Of a stretch of DNA of 64,000 nt, positions 61,501 through 64,000 are shown in pieces (position 1 is the first letter of the stretch; every line of letters begins with the position of its first letter). The stretch comes from Orbicella franksi (Eukaryota). Below the pieces are notes generated by a model. That model saw only the letters and a list, made by a program, of their open reading frames with translations, ran no database searches and had not been told where the DNA came from. A program made the position numbers and the translations under genes. The stretch spans positions 14,322,001 through 14,386,000 of the forward strand of contig OZ116705.1 in assembly GCA_964199315.1 (NCBI GenBank). The letters run 5' to 3'.

Positions 61501-62325
61501 AGGAAGAAAGCGAAGAGCGACTTCGAAAAGAACTTTTACAAGCTCATGAACAACTCGGTTGTCGGCAAAACCATGGAAAACCTGCGTAACCGCGTTGACA
61601 TAAGAATAGTGCGCAGCAACGAGACGAACAAAATAAGGAAATTGATCGCCAGCCCTTTGTACTCAAGGCATGTTTTATTCTCAAACGACATGGCAGGGAT
61701 TGACATGCGAAAAAGCAAGCTGCTTCTCAACAAGCCGGTCTACACAGGGATGACGATCCTCGACAACAGCAAGATCCTGATGTACGACTTCTTTTACAAC
61801 GAGCTTAGAAAGAAGTACGGCTCCAAAGTCGAGCTATTGTACACGGACACCGACAGCCTTCTGATTATAATCGAAACAGAAGACGTCTACGAAGACATGA
61901 AAAACAGCATGGACCTTTACGACACGAGCGACTACCCGAAGGAGCATCCTCTCCACTCAAACACGAACAAAAAGGTCTTGGGCAAGATGAAAGACGAATG
62001 TGCAGGAACCCCCATCGCAGAGTACGTGGGTCTGAGAGCGAAAATGTACTCCATCCTGAAGGCGGACGAAAAAAACATCAAAAAAGCGAAGGGTGTGAAA
62101 AAGATCGTTGTCAAGAAACAAATAACGCATGAACAGTATAAGGAAACGCTTTTCGGCGCGAAGCAGCAATGGCATGGAATGAATATTCTTCGAAGCGAGG
62201 GGCACGAGATCTACGGTATGCATCTTAACAAAATTTCGCTTTCGCCATTTGATTCAAAGCGATGGATAGGCGACGATGGTATCCATACAAAAGCTTACGG
62301 GTACACCTGCATGGATATATTGTGA
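58549..62325 (+). pseudogene. Protein-primed family B DNA polymerase with an in-frame TGA at 61075-61077
   Basis: GSGW..PLRGGTYLPLP..KKAIINVKN, IIYADFEA, FHNLRGYDAH, KGIYPYEY, DVALLADVFENFR, RGGIS, YLDANNLY*WAMS, KLMNNSVVGKT, YTDTDS, GKMKDE, LRAKMYS, KAKGV, DSKR; ORF2 (61084) is in the same frame. Confidence 0.92.
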
Positions 62326-62367
62326 ACATTAACAAATGACGAACTTAGCGGGTTGGAAGCCGAAGTT

Positions 62368-63359
62368 TCAAAGTTGCTCTGGGGGTAACTGTGTGTTTGG
62401 AGGAACAACCAGCAGCTCTTCGCGCACGAAGCCGCGCTTGGGCCCGTCGCGCAGATAGTAGAGAACGGGCTGACCCGGTTTGGAAAAAGACCTTTCAATG
62501 CCGAAAACTTTCAAAGACCAGATTGGGTCCGTTGCTCTTTTCACGCCCCTTCAAGCTCGCCGGGCTGGTAGAGATAACGAACCTGGACAAGAGAGGGGAG
62601 GATTTTTTTGCGTTTTCCAACAGGTCTCGTGTAACGTGTCAACGGCCTTGCACAAACAGATTTTTCTTTGATGGCGACGGCGGGTTTCTTGCCGATAAGG
62701 CTTGTGACCTCGTTTTTTAAAGCCGAAACAACTTCAGGAAGTCTTTTCACCCAGGGGGTGGACCGCTTGCCCTCAGGGAGAAGCATCTCCACGGCGTACT
62801 GCTGGCCGAACAAGCGCTCCGCCAGGGTGCGGTTGGAACGTTCGACAATGGCCTGGTCGCGGTGAATGTCAACGCGCCCGCGCCGGATATATGTCTTGTG
62901 CTTTTCCATCTCTTGTGTGACAGCGCCCATGAATTCGCGCCCGGGGTCAACCTGCAGCATTTCGGGCCATTCGAGAGGCGAGCGCTTGTAAATCTTCTGA
63001 AAGGCCAAGGCGACCTCATCAGAATTCTTCGAAGTCAGGGGTTCGGCCTCTTTGAAGCGGCTGGCCACATCGACAATGGTCAGCGCGTATTTGAAAACTT
63101 TGCGGCCGCGAGGGAGCTAGTCGTGCGGCAGAAAAAGAAGGTCTGCCTGATGGACTTTGTTGGGCGTGGGAACGTCGAATTTCGGCCGAGGGATCCGCTT
63201 CGGCGCGGGGAGGAATATCTGCCAGAGCGCTTGCCGGATCAGCCACTTTTTTGCGGCATATTCAGGTACCTTGGCGGCCTCGGCTAATTTTTTGATCGCA
63301 GCGATTCCTTTCCAGTAGCCCCCGGGGCCGTAGTAAATCTTCGCGAGTTTGGCGTCCAT
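62368..63359 (-). pseudogene. Polinton-type rve (DDE) integrase with in-frame TAG (63117-63119) and a 1-nt frameshift near 62545
   Basis: IYY..GYWKG, HQADLLFLPHD*LP..YALTIVDVASRFKEAEPL, LQVDPGREF, QAIVERSNRTL; after the shift GVKRATDPIWSL..YYLRDGPKRGFVREELL to stop at 62368. Confidence 0.9.
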
Positions 63360-63380
63360 ATGAGAAAGACGCAAAAAAGT

Positions 63381-63806
63381 TTAAAGGAACCGGAAGGCCG
63401 CGTAGCCCAGAGCGAGCGCCCCGGCGCCCAAGAACGCGAGTTCACCGTTTTTCTGCTGCTCGCTCGGCTGATAGAAATCTGAGAACTTGGGCTCCTTGGG
63501 CGGCGCCACCTGCGCACCGGGATGCGCCTGGTTGTAGAGTTTGAAGGCGTAGTCCGTGTTGGTAAAGTTCTGCTTGGCCTGCTCCTTTGTTTGCGCGTTG
63601 GTCGCGATCCAGTCGAGAAGATGTGTTCGGTCGCGCGTGTAATTGGCGTAAGCGGCTTGATAATCTTCGAGAGCCTTATCGTGGCGCTTCTTTTCTTCAA
63701 GCCCGGCTTTGTCGCCCCCGCCAAGCGCTCTCGCCAGATAATTGCCGCCGATGAAAGCCGTGGCGTTCAACACAGCCCCGCCAATCATGATTGCGATGCT
63801 CGCCAT
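63381..63806 (-). CDS. Small Polinton/adintovirus-type protein (141 aa): Gly-rich hydrophobic N-terminus, helical core, hydrophobic C-terminus
   Basis: Intact ORF MASIAIMIGGAVLNATAFIGGNYLA..EEKKRHDKALEDYQ..LAFLGAGALALGYAAFRFL between the integrase and the next small ORF. Confidence 0.7.
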   Translation of the reverse strand: MASIAIMIGGAVLNATAFIGGNYLARALGGGDKAGLEEKKRHDKALEDYQAAYANYTRDRTHLLDWIATNAQTKEQAKQNFTNTDYAFKLYNQAHPGAQVAPPKEPKFSDFYQPSEQQKNGELAFLGAGALALGYAAFRFL

Positions 63807-63890
63807 GGCGCGCTATTGAGAGGCTTTTTTTATTCAAAAAGAATTACGTGGTCTTCGCCCCGTTGTGGGGCGCGGGGCAGAGCCCCGCTT

Positions 63891-64000
63891 TCAAACGCTG
63901 TCGGGGAGGATTTTCTGGTCTTCGAGGTACTTTTTGAGCGCGATGCTGCCCGCCATGACGGCTGTGAACTTCATGTAATTCATAAAGCTGCTGCTGGGAT
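63891..64000 (-). CDS. C-terminal part of a small amphipathic Polinton/adintovirus-type protein (truncated by the window)
   Basis: PSSSFMNYMKFTAVMAGSIALKKYLEDQKILPDSV stop; followed by hairpin GCGGGGC-AGA-GCCCCGC and AATAAA on the minus strand. Confidence 0.65.
   Translation of the reverse strand, partial: PSSSFMNYMKFTAVMAGSIALKKYLEDQKILPDSV

Larger units (their letters stand above)
58053..64000. mobile_element. Polinton/Maverick (adintovirus-like) element, left part; continues beyond the window
   Basis: Protein-primed PolB plus rve integrase plus small ORFs; intronless, compact and more GC-rich than the flanks; terminal hairpin and ~155-bp direct repeats. Confidence 0.9.

Overview
Eukaryotic genomic DNA from an AT-rich, repeat-dense animal genome. 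An anthozoan cnidarian (stony coral) is my inference from the repeat families and the PAN/EGF, D8C and TLDc exons. The left half holds a myosin co-chaperone gene, unc-45 (+), reconstructed by hand as 33 coding exons (1743-32481; 2814 nt, 937 aa; first exon not seen). Its 7.6-kb intron contains a 6.9-kb TIR element with inward-facing tandem arrays at both ends. The middle holds a solo LTR, a D8C exon, an intronless eukaryotic-type UDP-galactopyranose mutase fused to a DUF3431-like domain (one frameshift), a MADF-bearing Harbinger MITE, PAN and EGF exons, and a Penelope fragment with a complete minimal hammerhead ribozyme. The right end (about 58.05 kb onward) is the left part of a Polinton/Maverick (adintovirus-like) element: protein-primed PolB, rve integrase and two small ORFs, with nonsense/frameshift lesions in PolB and integrase. 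It starts with a ~146-nt hairpin joined to host DNA through templated patchwork sequence. Best candidates for novelty: the UGM-DUF3431 fusion (possible galactofuranose pathway in a non-nematode animal), the Polinton end structure, the array-ended TIR element and the ribozyme. All calls come from manual motif reading; no database search was run.
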